Source: Bdellovibrionota bacterium
Lineage (GTDB): Bacteria > Bdellovibrionota_G > JALEGL01 > JAGRMV01
Direction of reading: 5' to 3'
DNA length: 64,000 bases
Assembly: GCA_041391405.1 (NCBI GenBank)
Contig: JAWKOB010000003.1
Coordinates: 39,650-103,649 of the forward strand
The notes beneath the pieces were generated by a model. It saw only the letters and a list, made by a program, of their open reading frames with translations, did not search any database and was not told the origin of the DNA. This document shows positions 38,860 to 49,458 of the stretch, piece by piece. The translations under genes and the position numbers were made by a program. Positions within the stretch are counted from its first letter, which is position 1; each line of letters opens with the position of its first letter.

Positions 38860-39406
38860 TTTTTTCCTTTAATATAAGGTTCATTGATGGAAACCAAATC
38901 GATGAAATCTCTTCCAACTTCCACACATTGACGTTTTTCGATCATGCTTTTGACTTCTTTTCGATTGAAGGTTTTTTTCATGAAAGAATCTCGACGAATC
39001 CCCACTCTCAGATATTCAATCACGTTTTGTGATGGGAGGATCTCGGCACGACGGCTTCCTTTTTTGGTGCTGAATTGAAGATCATAAAAACTGATGTCGA
39101 TTTCATTAAGGGAAGGAAATCGTTCAAAGGCTTCCTTGGTACCACGGCCGTACGTCGTTCTTCCAGTAAGAAGCCACTCATACGCATCACAGATCACTTC
39201 ATCCGGTGTTCTGACGTTTAAACTTTTCCAATAATAAACAACCGCTTTATCACCGGTGACCACAACTTTATCGCCCTGGCTTCGACGATCCTTTTTGATG
39301 AGATACACCTGGAAGTGATCATCCAGTTGTTGAGCGATATCGGCATCTGCGCAAACAAGTCCTGAATGAGAACCAATAGAATCGCGAAAATGGGGCGAAA
39401 TTTCAT
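38856..39406 (-). pseudogene. secreted hypothetical protein, one frame break (~39310-39350)
   Basis: The signal peptide MKFRPIFAILLVLIQDLFA (ATG 39406) is in a different frame from the 150-aa body (38856..39308). ATGA-type overlap with the HEAT gene. Confidence 0.45.
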
Positions 39407-39467
39407 GATCCCAATATACCTTTTCTTCCCACGATCTAGAAGATTTTTGATCACGATCGGAAGACGA

Positions 39468-41942
39468 CTAAAAGCTTTGTGTTACACCAAAATAGAAACG
39501 AAATCCTTGATTTTGATCGGAGATGCTTCTGGCCAAATCAAATCGAAGCAGTGCTGGCGAAACACCCAGATAGTCGACGAAAAATCTCAATCCATAGCCT
39601 GCATCTGTTTCGAAATCCTGAATTTTAAACACATCCACCAAAGATGTCTCCTCGGCTGCAGCTCCTAAAACTACCTGATTGGCCGTTTCTTGAACGGTAT
39701 CGGTCACGCGACCGGCATCGGTGAACAACGCTCCCTGGATGTCGCGAATACGAAAAAGTCCCAAGTTCCAGTCAATATCTTGCACCAGAAAATGGCGATA
39801 TTCCCCGCTGAACAAAAGAAGATTGCGACCGATATATTTTTCCTCTCCCAGGCCCAACCCTCTCATGGACGTCAACCCACCTAGACGGAATTGAATCTGG
39901 CTCGGCATATCGTCCGGTCCGGAGACACCAAATACTCCTCGAAATGCCAAAAGATGACTTGGATGAAGCATGATGACTTTCGCTGCACTGGCTGAAGCTT
40001 GATAAAAATTGAATTGCCCGCCGAGATAGGAAGTTCCGTATGTGACAGCTACACCACCATATTCACCTTGCAGTGGATTGGTAAATGAAAGTTGGTTTCC
40101 AAAAAAGTAAGATGCGGTGACAGTGGACAAAAATCCACTATCCGTTACGCGGACAATTTGATCGGGTGTCGCGTCGACCAATACATCATCGGTTCTGAGA
40201 CGGCTAAATCCATACTGCAAACCTAGGCCATGAGATGTTCGAAGTGTATCAAGCGATCTCCCGAACAAACGAACATATCCCAGATTCGTGCCGTAAGAAT
40301 CGGCCTGATAATAACCACCGATATTGTAGCGATCTTGTCCTCCATATTTTTTACGAATCTGACTTTGAACATAGACCAGTGGCTGATTTGCATTGAAATC
40401 ATATTCTAGAAAAAGTTCGGTAAGCACAAATTTCCAATATGGTGGTCTGCGATTATCGCTGAGCTTGGTTTCAAGCAGTCGTTGTCGCGGATCAATCTCC
40501 ACACTCTGAACCTTCGATTTTGTTTCAAAATCAAATGTATGTTCCGCTTCCTTGGAATCCCAAATCAGTGTTTGGCTTTTGCCGTTCTTTTCACGAATAT
40601 GAATTTCAACGGGCTCTTGGATCGTTCTTGAGGATTCTTTTTCAATCTGAACAGTTCCATGATATCCGTTCTCCACTTTTTTCGTTTTTACTTTTCTCAA
40701 TCGATAATTGAGAACTGGACGTTGCGCCGTCCAATGATCAAATCTGTCATCCAATTTTTTACCGGATAATTCTTCGGCGACTTGCAGAAATGTTTTGTCA
40801 GGACTTTGGATATAGGCGTGAACAATGTCTTGAACTATTTTATCACCGAGTTCATCCTGCATGTGTGAAATGACCGATCTACCGAACTGCCGACGATGCT
40901 GAAAACGCACGAACTCATCACGCACTGGATCATATGGATATGAAAAATTGTAAAACACATCGAAAAACGCGAATTGCGGCGTATGAATCAGTTGATCAAT
41001 TAGCGGAAGCATGCTGAAAAAGCGCATGACGCCGAGCTTTCGCGCGTCACGCGTCTTGTAGTGCTGGGTTTGAATGAAATCTTCGGTCAGTTGATTTGCG
41101 ATGACTTCATTGATCCAGTAATAGTCTTGATCATTTTCTTTCTTCAGAATCTGCGGATACACCCATTGCGAAAACATCATTCGAACAAGTGGAACATTGT
41201 GAAACTGATGAAGTATGCTCACCAATTTGTACGCTCGATCGGAAAAAAACGACATATCTTGCGCGTCAACGGACAACATTTCACGCAATGGCGCTTGAAC
41301 GAACGTTACATCCTTGGATACCCCACCCTCAAACGCTCCCAGCTGATTCACATAATCTGACCAAGGCAAAAACACATTATCAAACGGTTCGATGACTTTT
41401 TCAGGTTTTCTTTCATCGACAACCGTGCGCATTTTGAAACCGTTGAGTTCTGTTTCTTCGATTTTCAAATGCTTTCCGATTTGAATGGGAAATTGTCCGA
41501 TATTTTTTCGTTGAAAAACCATCGATCCAGCTTCGCTGATTCTTCCTCCAACAACCACTTTATCACTCGACACAACCGTAACATTCCAATCCGCGCGTGG
41601 AGATTGATCGGTTGGATAAAAGGAGCCATCCCGATAAGAGGCCAGATACGGAGTCCATCCTCCGGACATTGTCAGCCGATCTCTATAATATCCAAATGAT
41701 CCGAACTTCTCTGGAACATTCAAAATCGTCTTGAACACGAATTTACGCGTTTCACCTGGAGCCATTTCTTTTTCAAGTTGCATTGAATACAAAGTTTTGG
41801 GAGGAAGTGGCTTGTAATTCACTTCGACCAATTTATTTGCGAATTCAACACCATTTGAACTCAACGACTGGATTTCAATGGAACCCGAAGAGAATCCGTC
41901 TGGATAAATTCTGCGATAATTCAAATCGTTGATGTTGGGCAA
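39468..41942 (-). CDS. Omp85-family outer-membrane protein with large non-canonical N-terminal region
   Basis: 824 aa. C-terminal surface-antigen barrel (RLGGLTSMRGLG...DAGYGLRFFVDYLG...GFRFYFGVTQSF). The signal-peptide-bearing fragment 41980..42204 (..IQFCMAVLIMAASSIFSRGFA/QE) is probably its displaced 5' end. Confidence 0.75.
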   Translation of the reverse strand: MPNINDLNYRRIYPDGFSSGSIEIQSLSSNGVEFANKLVEVNYKPLPPKTLYSMQLEKEMAPGETRKFVFKTILNVPEKFGSFGYYRDRLTMSGGWTPYLASYRDGSFYPTDQSPRADWNVTVVSSDKVVVGGRISEAGSMVFQRKNIGQFPIQIGKHLKIEETELNGFKMRTVVDERKPEKVIEPFDNVFLPWSDYVNQLGAFEGGVSKDVTFVQAPLREMLSVDAQDMSFFSDRAYKLVSILHQFHNVPLVRMMFSQWVYPQILKKENDQDYYWINEVIANQLTEDFIQTQHYKTRDARKLGVMRFFSMLPLIDQLIHTPQFAFFDVFYNFSYPYDPVRDEFVRFQHRRQFGRSVISHMQDELGDKIVQDIVHAYIQSPDKTFLQVAEELSGKKLDDRFDHWTAQRPVLNYRLRKVKTKKVENGYHGTVQIEKESSRTIQEPVEIHIREKNGKSQTLIWDSKEAEHTFDFETKSKVQSVEIDPRQRLLETKLSDNRRPPYWKFVLTELFLEYDFNANQPLVYVQSQIRKKYGGQDRYNIGGYYQADSYGTNLGYVRLFGRSLDTLRTSHGLGLQYGFSRLRTDDVLVDATPDQIVRVTDSGFLSTVTASYFFGNQLSFTNPLQGEYGGVAVTYGTSYLGGQFNFYQASASAAKVIMLHPSHLLAFRGVFGVSGPDDMPSQIQFRLGGLTSMRGLGLGEEKYIGRNLLLFSGEYRHFLVQDIDWNLGLFRIRDIQGALFTDAGRVTDTVQETANQVVLGAAAEETSLVDVFKIQDFETDAGYGLRFFVDYLGVSPALLRFDLARSISDQNQGFRFYFGVTQSF

Positions 41943-42256
41943 TACTTAGCTGAACCTATTGGGGTAAACTACCCATCATTCACGAATGAAGCAGTTGTGC
42001 GATTGGTGATGGAAGCTTCCATTTCAATCGCATGAATTTACTTTCAGATTTCCTGAAAATCCGCTTGATCGAATAGGTTCTTTCCAGATTTTCCTGTGCA
42101 AAACCTCTTGAAAAAATGGAACTTGCAGCCATGATCAAAACAGCCATGCAAAATTGAATTTTCGCTTTATCAACCCGGATATTTCGTTTAGAATTTGAGA
42201 ACATTGTCGTCGGTTTTTGTACCGTAAATCACGAAAATAGAAAGGTATTTTTCAAC

Positions 42257-43765
42257 ATGGACAAGAAGCTTGCCCTCCTTTTGGCTGTCACTTTGAGCGC
42301 TTTTATGACTTCTTGCGCGGGTCAAAAACCACCATCTTCACTGGCCAATCAACCGGCACCCATCTGGATCGATGAAATCGATGAATATGACACAGTTGCT
42401 CTGGCCGAACCGATCCCCAGCTACGAAAATTTTGGAGAACTTTACGCAGAAGACCCCGAAGTGGCGAATTATGAAAAAGCACCTGTTATCGGTGCCGAAG
42501 TTGAAGATCTTATCGCTTCTGAAAAACTAAGCGAAGTCCCACTTCCTGAAGTTCCACTTGTTCTCAATCAACAAGTAGAAAAATGGATGGATTATTTTCA
42601 GGGTCGCGGAAGAAAATATTTCGTAAAATGGCTCGGTCGTTCGGGAAGATACGTCCCAATGATGAAGCAAATTCTGCGTGAAAATGGAATTCCAGAAGGA
42701 CTGATTTATCTTTCGATGATTGAAAGCGGTTTTTCCCCCAACGCATACTCGCGCGCCAAAGCCGTTGGCCCATGGCAATTCATGAAATTCACCGGCGAAC
42801 GCTATGGCCTTCGCGTCACTTACTGGATTGATGAACGCATGGACGCAGAAAAATCCACCTTGGCAGCCGCACAACACCTGAAAGATTTGTATGATGAATT
42901 CGATCACTGGTACCTGGCCGCAGCTGGATACAACGCTGGTGCTGGAAAAATTTCACGCGCGATCACGCGTTACCAAACAGAAGACTTCTGGGAAATGTCC
43001 AAATATCGTTACCTGAAGCCTGAAACGAAAAACTACGTTCCTAAACTTTTGGCTGCATCATTGCTTGCCAGCGATCCGGAAAAGTACGGTTTTACAGATA
43101 TCGAGTATCAGGAACCTATTCCTTACGAAAAAGTAGCGGCTCCTGAACCGGTCAAACTGGAAACAATCGCGCAAACTCTTGAGGTTCCATTGGAAGCTCT
43201 CAAAGATTTGAATCCGGAACTTCGCCGCGGGGTAACTCCTCCTGATTATCCGAATTATGAATTGAAAGTCCCTGTGGGATTTCAAAGCAAATTTGAAGCG
43301 CTCTATGCCCAAATGCCTCGGCACAAAATTGAGAACATCATCTCCTATCGTGTTCGCAGTGGAGATACGCTTTCGGGCATTGCCAAAAAGCATGGTGTTT
43401 ATTTGAGCACGATCACACAATACAACAATCTCAAAAGCACGAGAATGATCCGTCGAGGACAGGAAATTTTGATTCCAATCGGTGACAGACAACCTGCTGC
43501 TACGAAAACCGCTTCATCTTCAGCCCCAAAAACATACAAAGCTGTGGCTGTGCAAAATGGCGTTCAGTACGTTGTTCAAAGTGGAGATACCTTGTGGACC
43601 ATTTCCCGAAAATTCAACGTGACGGTTTCGGAACTTCGCAAATGGAACAACATTCGCAGATCTTCCATCTTTCCAGGACAAAAATTAACGATTGGAAATC
43701 AGAAAAAAAGCAGCCAATCGAATCAGCAAGCGCGCAGCGAAACCGTAGCTAAAGCCGCGTCTTAG
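42257..43765 (+). CDS. mltD: membrane-bound lytic murein transglycosylase D-like (SLT domain + 2 LysM)
   Basis: Lipoprotein signal ...FMTSC. SLT catalytic MIESGFSPNAYSRAKAVGPWQFM. Two LysM domains (YRVRSGDTLSGIAKKHG, YVVQSGDTLWTISRKFN). Confidence 0.85.
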   Translation: MDKKLALLLAVTLSAFMTSCAGQKPPSSLANQPAPIWIDEIDEYDTVALAEPIPSYENFGELYAEDPEVANYEKAPVIGAEVEDLIASEKLSEVPLPEVPLVLNQQVEKWMDYFQGRGRKYFVKWLGRSGRYVPMMKQILRENGIPEGLIYLSMIESGFSPNAYSRAKAVGPWQFMKFTGERYGLRVTYWIDERMDAEKSTLAAAQHLKDLYDEFDHWYLAAAGYNAGAGKISRAITRYQTEDFWEMSKYRYLKPETKNYVPKLLAASLLASDPEKYGFTDIEYQEPIPYEKVAAPEPVKLETIAQTLEVPLEALKDLNPELRRGVTPPDYPNYELKVPVGFQSKFEALYAQMPRHKIENIISYRVRSGDTLSGIAKKHGVYLSTITQYNNLKSTRMIRRGQEILIPIGDRQPAATKTASSSAPKTYKAVAVQNGVQYVVQSGDTLWTISRKFNVTVSELRKWNNIRRSSIFPGQKLTIGNQKKSSQSNQQARSETVAKAAS

Positions 43766-43770
43766 AGCGC

Positions 43771-44616
43771 TTAAAAGCTTTCTGCCATTTTCAATTCGGA
43801 ATCGATGGCTCTGGCGGCTGCATGGATGGATTCCTTCATTTGCTCGAATTGTGTGGAAGTTCCAGCAGCTTTTCCCGCCAATTCGCAAGCTTTCTCAGGA
43901 AGAAACCCTTTTGAAAGAAGAAGAAGCAATGACGTGGCGAAAACATCTCCCGACCCCGTTGGATTCGTCTCTTTCATCACTTCGACAGGGGCGTACTGTT
44001 TTTCTTTTCCATCATAGGCCAAGATATAACCTTCTTTGCCCATCGTGCAGACCGCTACCTCGGCTGAGGTTTTGATCCATTCCCATGCCTCAGAATCGTT
44101 CACGATATCGTCCCGACTCACAACGATGAGTTTGATTTTTTTTGGAAGTTTGTCGAATGCCGATTTTTTAAACTTCATTGTTCCAGCTGCATCGTATTCT
44201 CGAAACCAACCTTGCGGGGTTAGTCCGATCCATGGTGTTGTAAAAAGATCGATCAAATCAGGATGAATTTCATCTTCAACAGGCGCCAACATCACCACTT
44301 TTGCATTTCTCAGGGATTTTCCAATCGAAGTTGGCAAAATTGGATCGGACTTTTGAATGCCTTTGGAAAGACGCTCTCCATTCACGTACGCATGTTCCTG
44401 CATTGTGGTCTTGGCAGAAAATTGAATGCTCCACTCCACATCGGAATATTCGGAATACGGAAAATGGACGTCCGACGCCGTCACGACACCACATTTGAAT
44501 CCCAGACAAGTCGCAAGATATCCACCAAACAAAACGGAGCCGCCAGGTTGTTGCTTGGACGCAAGCTTGTCGATCGTCACGTGTCCAACCATGCAATAGT
44601 CAATTTTAGACGTCAT
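43771..44616 (-). CDS. PfkB-family carbohydrate kinase
   Basis: 281 aa. The C-terminal NPTGSGDVFATS matches PfkB signature 2. Confidence 0.8.
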   Translation of the reverse strand: MTSKIDYCMVGHVTIDKLASKQQPGGSVLFGGYLATCLGFKCGVVTASDVHFPYSEYSDVEWSIQFSAKTTMQEHAYVNGERLSKGIQKSDPILPTSIGKSLRNAKVVMLAPVEDEIHPDLIDLFTTPWIGLTPQGWFREYDAAGTMKFKKSAFDKLPKKIKLIVVSRDDIVNDSEAWEWIKTSAEVAVCTMGKEGYILAYDGKEKQYAPVEVMKETNPTGSGDVFATSLLLLLSKGFLPEKACELAGKAAGTSTQFEQMKESIHAAARAIDSELKMAESF

Positions 44617-45396
44617 ATTAATATCAAAATGGCAAGATCGCTCCGCCTACCGATAAGGCGCCCACAAGGCCGTACAAGAACCAACTGTTGGTTTTTTTCT
44701 CCTGCTTCAGCATTGCGATCATGATCAGCTTCAAGACTTCTCATGGAAAGATTTTCCCGCTTGCAAAGATGTTTGGCCGTGCCTGGCATTTGAATCGTTT
44801 TTTTTGGGAAAATATCGTCTGGCAATTGACACTGCACCTCGTAAGTTCCGTCATCCAGCGACGTCCATATCGGAGCTTCACCGATTTTCCGTTCATTGAT
44901 GTACACATCGGCAAATGGCGGAATCGAATCAACAACCAGGATACGCGCGGCGGCCAGGACGTTCTCGCATGAAAAACTTTCAGGGGGAAGCGACATGGTG
45001 ATCACGCGTTTGTTCATGAAATTCACCAAGCGGATGAAATTTTCTGTTCCTTGTTGCGAAAAAGCATCATCAACAAGGAAAAATTTTTGATGTTGTTGTA
45101 GATTTCGAAATCTTGCTGTCCCAGTGAAGGATCGTTATCGGAATACCAGCCAACTGATCTGAGTTCTTCGCGCGTCTGTCCGTCCAGCGCTACGTCACGC
45201 TCGAACCTGGAAAATTCTTCATGCACTCATACATCTGTGCTGGATTGAACTGATGGGATGTCAATTCCACCATACCCATTCTCATTTTTTGCACGCTGCG
45301 GATGGAAGAATGCTTCATGGCAACTTGCTTGCCTGCGCAGGCCATCATTGGAATCAATAACAAAAGAACCGAATATTTTCGGATTTGTTTCATCAA
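44613..45396 (-). pseudogene. PEGA-domain lipoprotein, at least two frame breaks (fragments 45190..45396, 45023..45226, 44613..45029)
   Basis: Lipobox MMKQIRKYSVLLLLIPMMAC. C-terminal PEGA domain (ILVVDSIPPFADVYINERKIGEAPIWTSLDDGTYEV). Confidence 0.5.
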
Positions 45397-45847
45397 GATG
45401 CTTTGACCTGCAATACCTTTGTTTTTGCGTAAATATCGCCGATTCTTAAATTTTCCGAATCAGAATACATGAAATACACTTCCACACAGATCGCCACACA
45501 TCCCAGAATCGAAAAACGATTCCAATGAATGGAATGATGCTCAAAAGCAAAATGGTCAAAAACAAATAATTTCAATTGCTGACTGAACAAAGGTGCAGGT
45601 TTCTGTATTCTTTGGTGTGTGGATTGAGATAGACCGTTTTTAGACCCACGATCCGTTTACCCAAACTTTGTCCATCGAAAAATCCGTCGCACATCAGCAA
45701 ATAAATCAAACTGCAAATGATCACAAACGCATGTTCTGAACGGGAAATGTAAAGCACCAGAAAAAGTCCACTGCCTTTGCGATCAATCGTTGATAAAAAG
45801 TGGCGACTTTCAATGGTTCTCCTGAGACGAAGCTTGGTTTGTGTCAT
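45393..45847 (-). pseudogene. RDD-family membrane protein, one frame break (~45580)
   Basis: DGQSLGKRIVGLKTV is the RDD-family motif. Hydrophobic segments continue in fragment 45393..45590. Confidence 0.5.
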
Positions 45848-45901
45848 GATTCGTGAGGGTAAGGGTACTATATACGAGCCCGACTGTAACAGAATTGACG
45901 C

Positions 45902-46557
45902 ATGAATTCAAAGTTCAACTCACAATTTCGTCTTCTGATTTTTCTCATTGCGATCCTGCAATTCACATCCTGCGCGAAATTATTCAGTGTCCGATGGACG
46001 CATGCAAAGCAAACCTTTCGATGGCAAAAATGAAGAAGGTTATGCTTCATGGTACGGTGATAAATTTCACGGAAGAAAAACTGCATCGGGCGAAACCTAT
46101 GACATGTACGCCATGACGGCAGCACACCGTCAGGCTCCATTCGGCACCAACGTCAAAGTAATCAACCTGGACACGGGGCGCGAAACCATCGTCAAAATCA
46201 ATGATCGAGGCCCTTTTGTCCGTGGAAGAATCATCGACCTTTCTCGAAAGGCCGCTGAACAAATCGGCATGATCGGCAACGGAACGGCCAGGGTGCGGCT
46301 TGAATTTTTAAAACAAAGTCCAGATCGACCGGGGTGACATTTATGTACAAACAGCATCTTTTGAATCGCAGCGAAATGCCCAGGATTTTGTCAGCCAACT
46401 GCAACGGGCCATTCCAAGCCTAAGTCCTCGAATTTACAGCGAAAATAACTTTTACCGTGTTCGTACAGGTCCTTATTCGACGGAGGAAGCAGCCCAGGCC
46501 GATTTAGCGCGTTTGAAAAGGTCAAACTTCGACGGTTTCGTTCCGCATACTGATTGA
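45902..46557 (+). pseudogene. rlpA: septal ring lytic transglycosylase RlpA (DPBB + SPOR), at least two frame breaks
   Basis: Lipobox [28 protein letters not shown] ([22 protein letters not shown]...[16 protein letters not shown]). The SPOR domain is in a third frame (FYRVRTGPYSTEEAAQADLARLK). Confidence 0.8.
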
Positions 46558-46720
46558 AAAGGCTTTATAAGCTTCCACACTATGGCAGCTCCTTATCGCA
46601 AAACAAAAACAACGCAAAAGAAAAAGCTCGTACACGCGGCAAAAATCGCAAGCGCGCAATGCGTTCCAAAGGTTCTACACCTTCTCTAGATAAAGTTCTT
46701 GACCTATTGGCTAAACGCCA

Positions 46721-47423
46721 ATGTTGGGTCGTACTCTGATCCCCAAAAATCATTTACAAAGAGACAGTTCTTTAGTAAGTAGAGTTCCAGAAAAAACCCT
46801 TTTCATCACATTCGAAGGACTTGGAGGATCTGGCAAATCTAGCCAAATCGCCAATGTTTCCGAATATTTTGTTGAAAAAGGGCTCACATCAGATTCGCAA
46901 TACGTGAACCTGGCGGAACAATCATCGCCGAAAAATCCGGGATCTGATCATTCATCAACAAGAGGAAAACCTCCGAAAAAAGCCGGAGTTCTTTGATGCT
47001 TGCGGCTCGAGCTCAGCATGTTGATGAACTCATCCGCAAAACATGGGTGTGGCCACCTGATCTTTGCGATCGGCTTACTGACTCAACGCTTGCCTACCAG
47101 GGCGGTGGACGAGGCATGGATATGAATGTACTGCGTAGTTTGAATGATGAGGCAACTGGTGGATTAAAACCAGATGTTACATTTCTAATGGATTTGCAGG
47201 TAGCCGATTCACAAACTCGAATTTTAAACCGCAAAAAAAGAAATCAACGTTCCAAGAAAATTGACCGATTTGAGTCGGAGACCATCTCCTTTCACGAAAA
47301 ATTAGAAACGCCTACTTGCAAATTGCCAAAGAAGAGCCTGCGCGAATCGTAGTGCTCAATGCCATTGAAAAGCCTAAGCAGATTTTCCATCAAATCATCG
47401 ATGAATTGAAAAAGGATGCGTCC
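46721..47423 (+). pseudogene. tmk: thymidylate kinase, at least two frame breaks
   Basis: P-loop FITFEGLGGSGKSS, DRLTDSTLAYQGGGRG and lid region are spread over fragments 46721..46996, 46993..47352 and 47316... The 3' end is not resolved. Confidence 0.75.
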
Positions 47424-48183
47424 GTGAACACAATCCTGCAGCGATTGATCGACATGGATGCAAAAAAAAGACTCCATCAAGGATTTTTGTTCATTGGAAG
47501 CGGTGAAAATCTGCAACTTTGATGCAACGACAGTTCATGATTTCATCATGCATCTATTTTCCAAAGACGCAAAATCCAGAGATCGTCCGGAAATCAGCTT
47601 CCGGCAAAAATCATCCGATTTTTACCAATTGTCTTCCGAGGAAGACATAAAGATCGAAGAAAGAACTCAGAAGTGGCTTTTCATGCCGCCACTGGAAGCC
47701 ACCAAAAAAATCGCGATCATCGAAAATGCGCAGCATCTGAATGTCTCTTGTTCCAACGCTGCTGAAGACTCTCGAAGAGCCTCCTCCACCTATGCATTGA
47801 TCATTTTGATGACCAATTCCGCATCACGCGTGCTGCAAACCATTCGTTCTCGTCTCTTCAGCATTCAATTTCCCGACATGGACAATGCCGATGAACAAGA
47901 ACAACAAGAATGGATGCAAGAACTTGATTCCATGCTTGCCAAAAGAACGTACTCAGACAAAGATATTTTCAGTTTCACTGAACAGTTCAGCGATCAACGC
48001 GAGAATCTGGTTTTTTTCTTCAACTTCGTACACAAAACCATCCGCGATCAGATGTTCACCGCTGAAGCCGCTCGTTTCAACAAATTGGAGAAAATGTTCG
48101 ATTTGGCCCTGAATCTGGAACAAGAGCTTTATCAAAGCTATGGCAATATCTCCCTTGGACTGGATCGTTTCTTCATGGAGTGA
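47424..48183 (+). pseudogene. holB: DNA polymerase III delta-prime subunit (HolB)-like, frame breaks
   Basis: tmk-holB synteny. HQGFLFIGSGE at the P-loop position. The clamp-loader motif N-A-x-LKTLEEPPP is readable only in the +1 frame at 47755-47792. TIRSRL sensor motif present. Confidence 0.65.
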
Positions 48184-48190
48184 GAAATAC

Positions 48191-48975
48191 GTGAAGCCTG
48201 CGCTGATCGATTCTCACGTTTCATCTTGGATTTCGATCAATACGATGTCGATCAGAAATGAAATGCTCCAGCGGGCAAAAGATGTCGGCGTTGAAAATAT
48301 CCTGCAAATTGCGATGGGCCCTAGCCACAGGAAAAACTACGTTGCTACGCTTGGTGCAACAATATGATTACATGCGCATGGCTGTCGGTTTGCACCCCCA
48401 CGATGCAGATCATTATACCCATGACCGTTCATGACTTGATCTCATTCATGCTTCCGCGACCGCGTGAGCGCCATCGGTGAAATTGGATTGGATTATTATT
48501 ACGAAAATTCCAATCGTGACAATCAGAAGAATTGTTTTTCAAAATTGATGGATCTTGCGATTGAAAAAAATCTTCCGATCTGCGTTCATACCCGCGATGC
48601 CTTTGATGACACCTACGCCCTAGCGAAAGAAAAGGACATCTTCTAGAAAAACTGGGGGGCGTCATTCATTGCTTCACTGGCACAGAAGATCAAGCCATTC
48701 AATTCGTGGAACTTGGTGCGTACATTTCTTTTTCAGGAGTTGTCACCTTCAAAAACACGGATGAACTCCGTTGTGCGGTCAAATCGGTTCCAATGGATCG
48801 TATGCTGGTGGAAACCGATGCACCTTTTTTGGCCCCAATCCCCTACCGTGGAAAACGAAACGAACCTTCCTATATGGTCGAAACAGCAAGGACCATAGCG
48901 GCTGTCAAAGGCATCTCTCTGGAAGAAGTGGCCATTGCGACCACCGCCAACGCCAAGAAACTTTTTAAATTCTGA
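48191..48975 (+). pseudogene. tatD: TatD-family metal-dependent DNase/hydrolase, multiple frame breaks
   Basis: LIDSHV(H) N-terminal metal site, AIGEIGLDYYY, ICVHTRDAF, VIHCFTG and [23 protein letters not shown], distributed over at least 4 frames/fragments. Confidence 0.75.
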
Positions 48976-49458
48976 TTATTCGATGGAAATGATCCTGATG
49001 CGCTGAAAACGCGCCATGGATGACCAGACGGCGACACCAAAACCTTGCTGAAATCCCAAATCTTGTCCTGAATCGATGAGATCCTTTTTTTGAATCTCCC
49101 AAATTTTCCGTCCGTCCAAAAAACCCACCAGCTTTTCGGCATCGGATTCGATCTTGATGTAGTACCAACGAAATTTGTCCAACACATCATTGGTCTTGGT
49201 GTGCTCATATCCGATCACTTCGCTGCGCGTATTTTTCCACCCACCCACCATCCATGTCAATGCCTTGCCTTGAGATTGAAAAAAAAAAAAAAGAACGGCA
49301 AACCCTTCCACCGCCCACCATGCGCTGTCCTTCAACCTCAAATTCATACTTATCGAAAGGAATCTCATATTTTGTCGTGATCGATCTGACCCCATGGAAA
49401 GCCAATGGCTGCAGAATCTTTCGCATACCACTCACCTTTGATGTTCCAATCTTTTCAA
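48976..49458 (-). pseudogene. LamG/DUF1080-like (concanavalin-type) protein, frame broken at an A14/T14 tract
   Basis: The C-terminal WYYIKIESDAEKLVGFLDGRKIWE...GFGVAVWSSMARFQRIRI resembles the DUF1080 jelly-roll end. The N-terminal parts are in two other frames. Confidence 0.4.
49279..49292. repeat. 14-nt poly(A)/poly(T) homopolymer inside a coding region
   Basis: Counted directly as A x14 on the + strand. This is the longest homopolymer I saw in the window. Confidence 0.9.

Noticed and set aside
46554-46739. Small basic ORFs between rlpA and tmk (MKRLYKL...; alternative frame MAAPYRKTKTTQKKK...) as a possible ribosomal-protein-like gene
   Set aside because: There is only a superficial resemblance to L32/L34-type basic peptides and no diagnostic motif. 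It lies in the indel-dense zone where the frames are unreliable. I cannot support a call.
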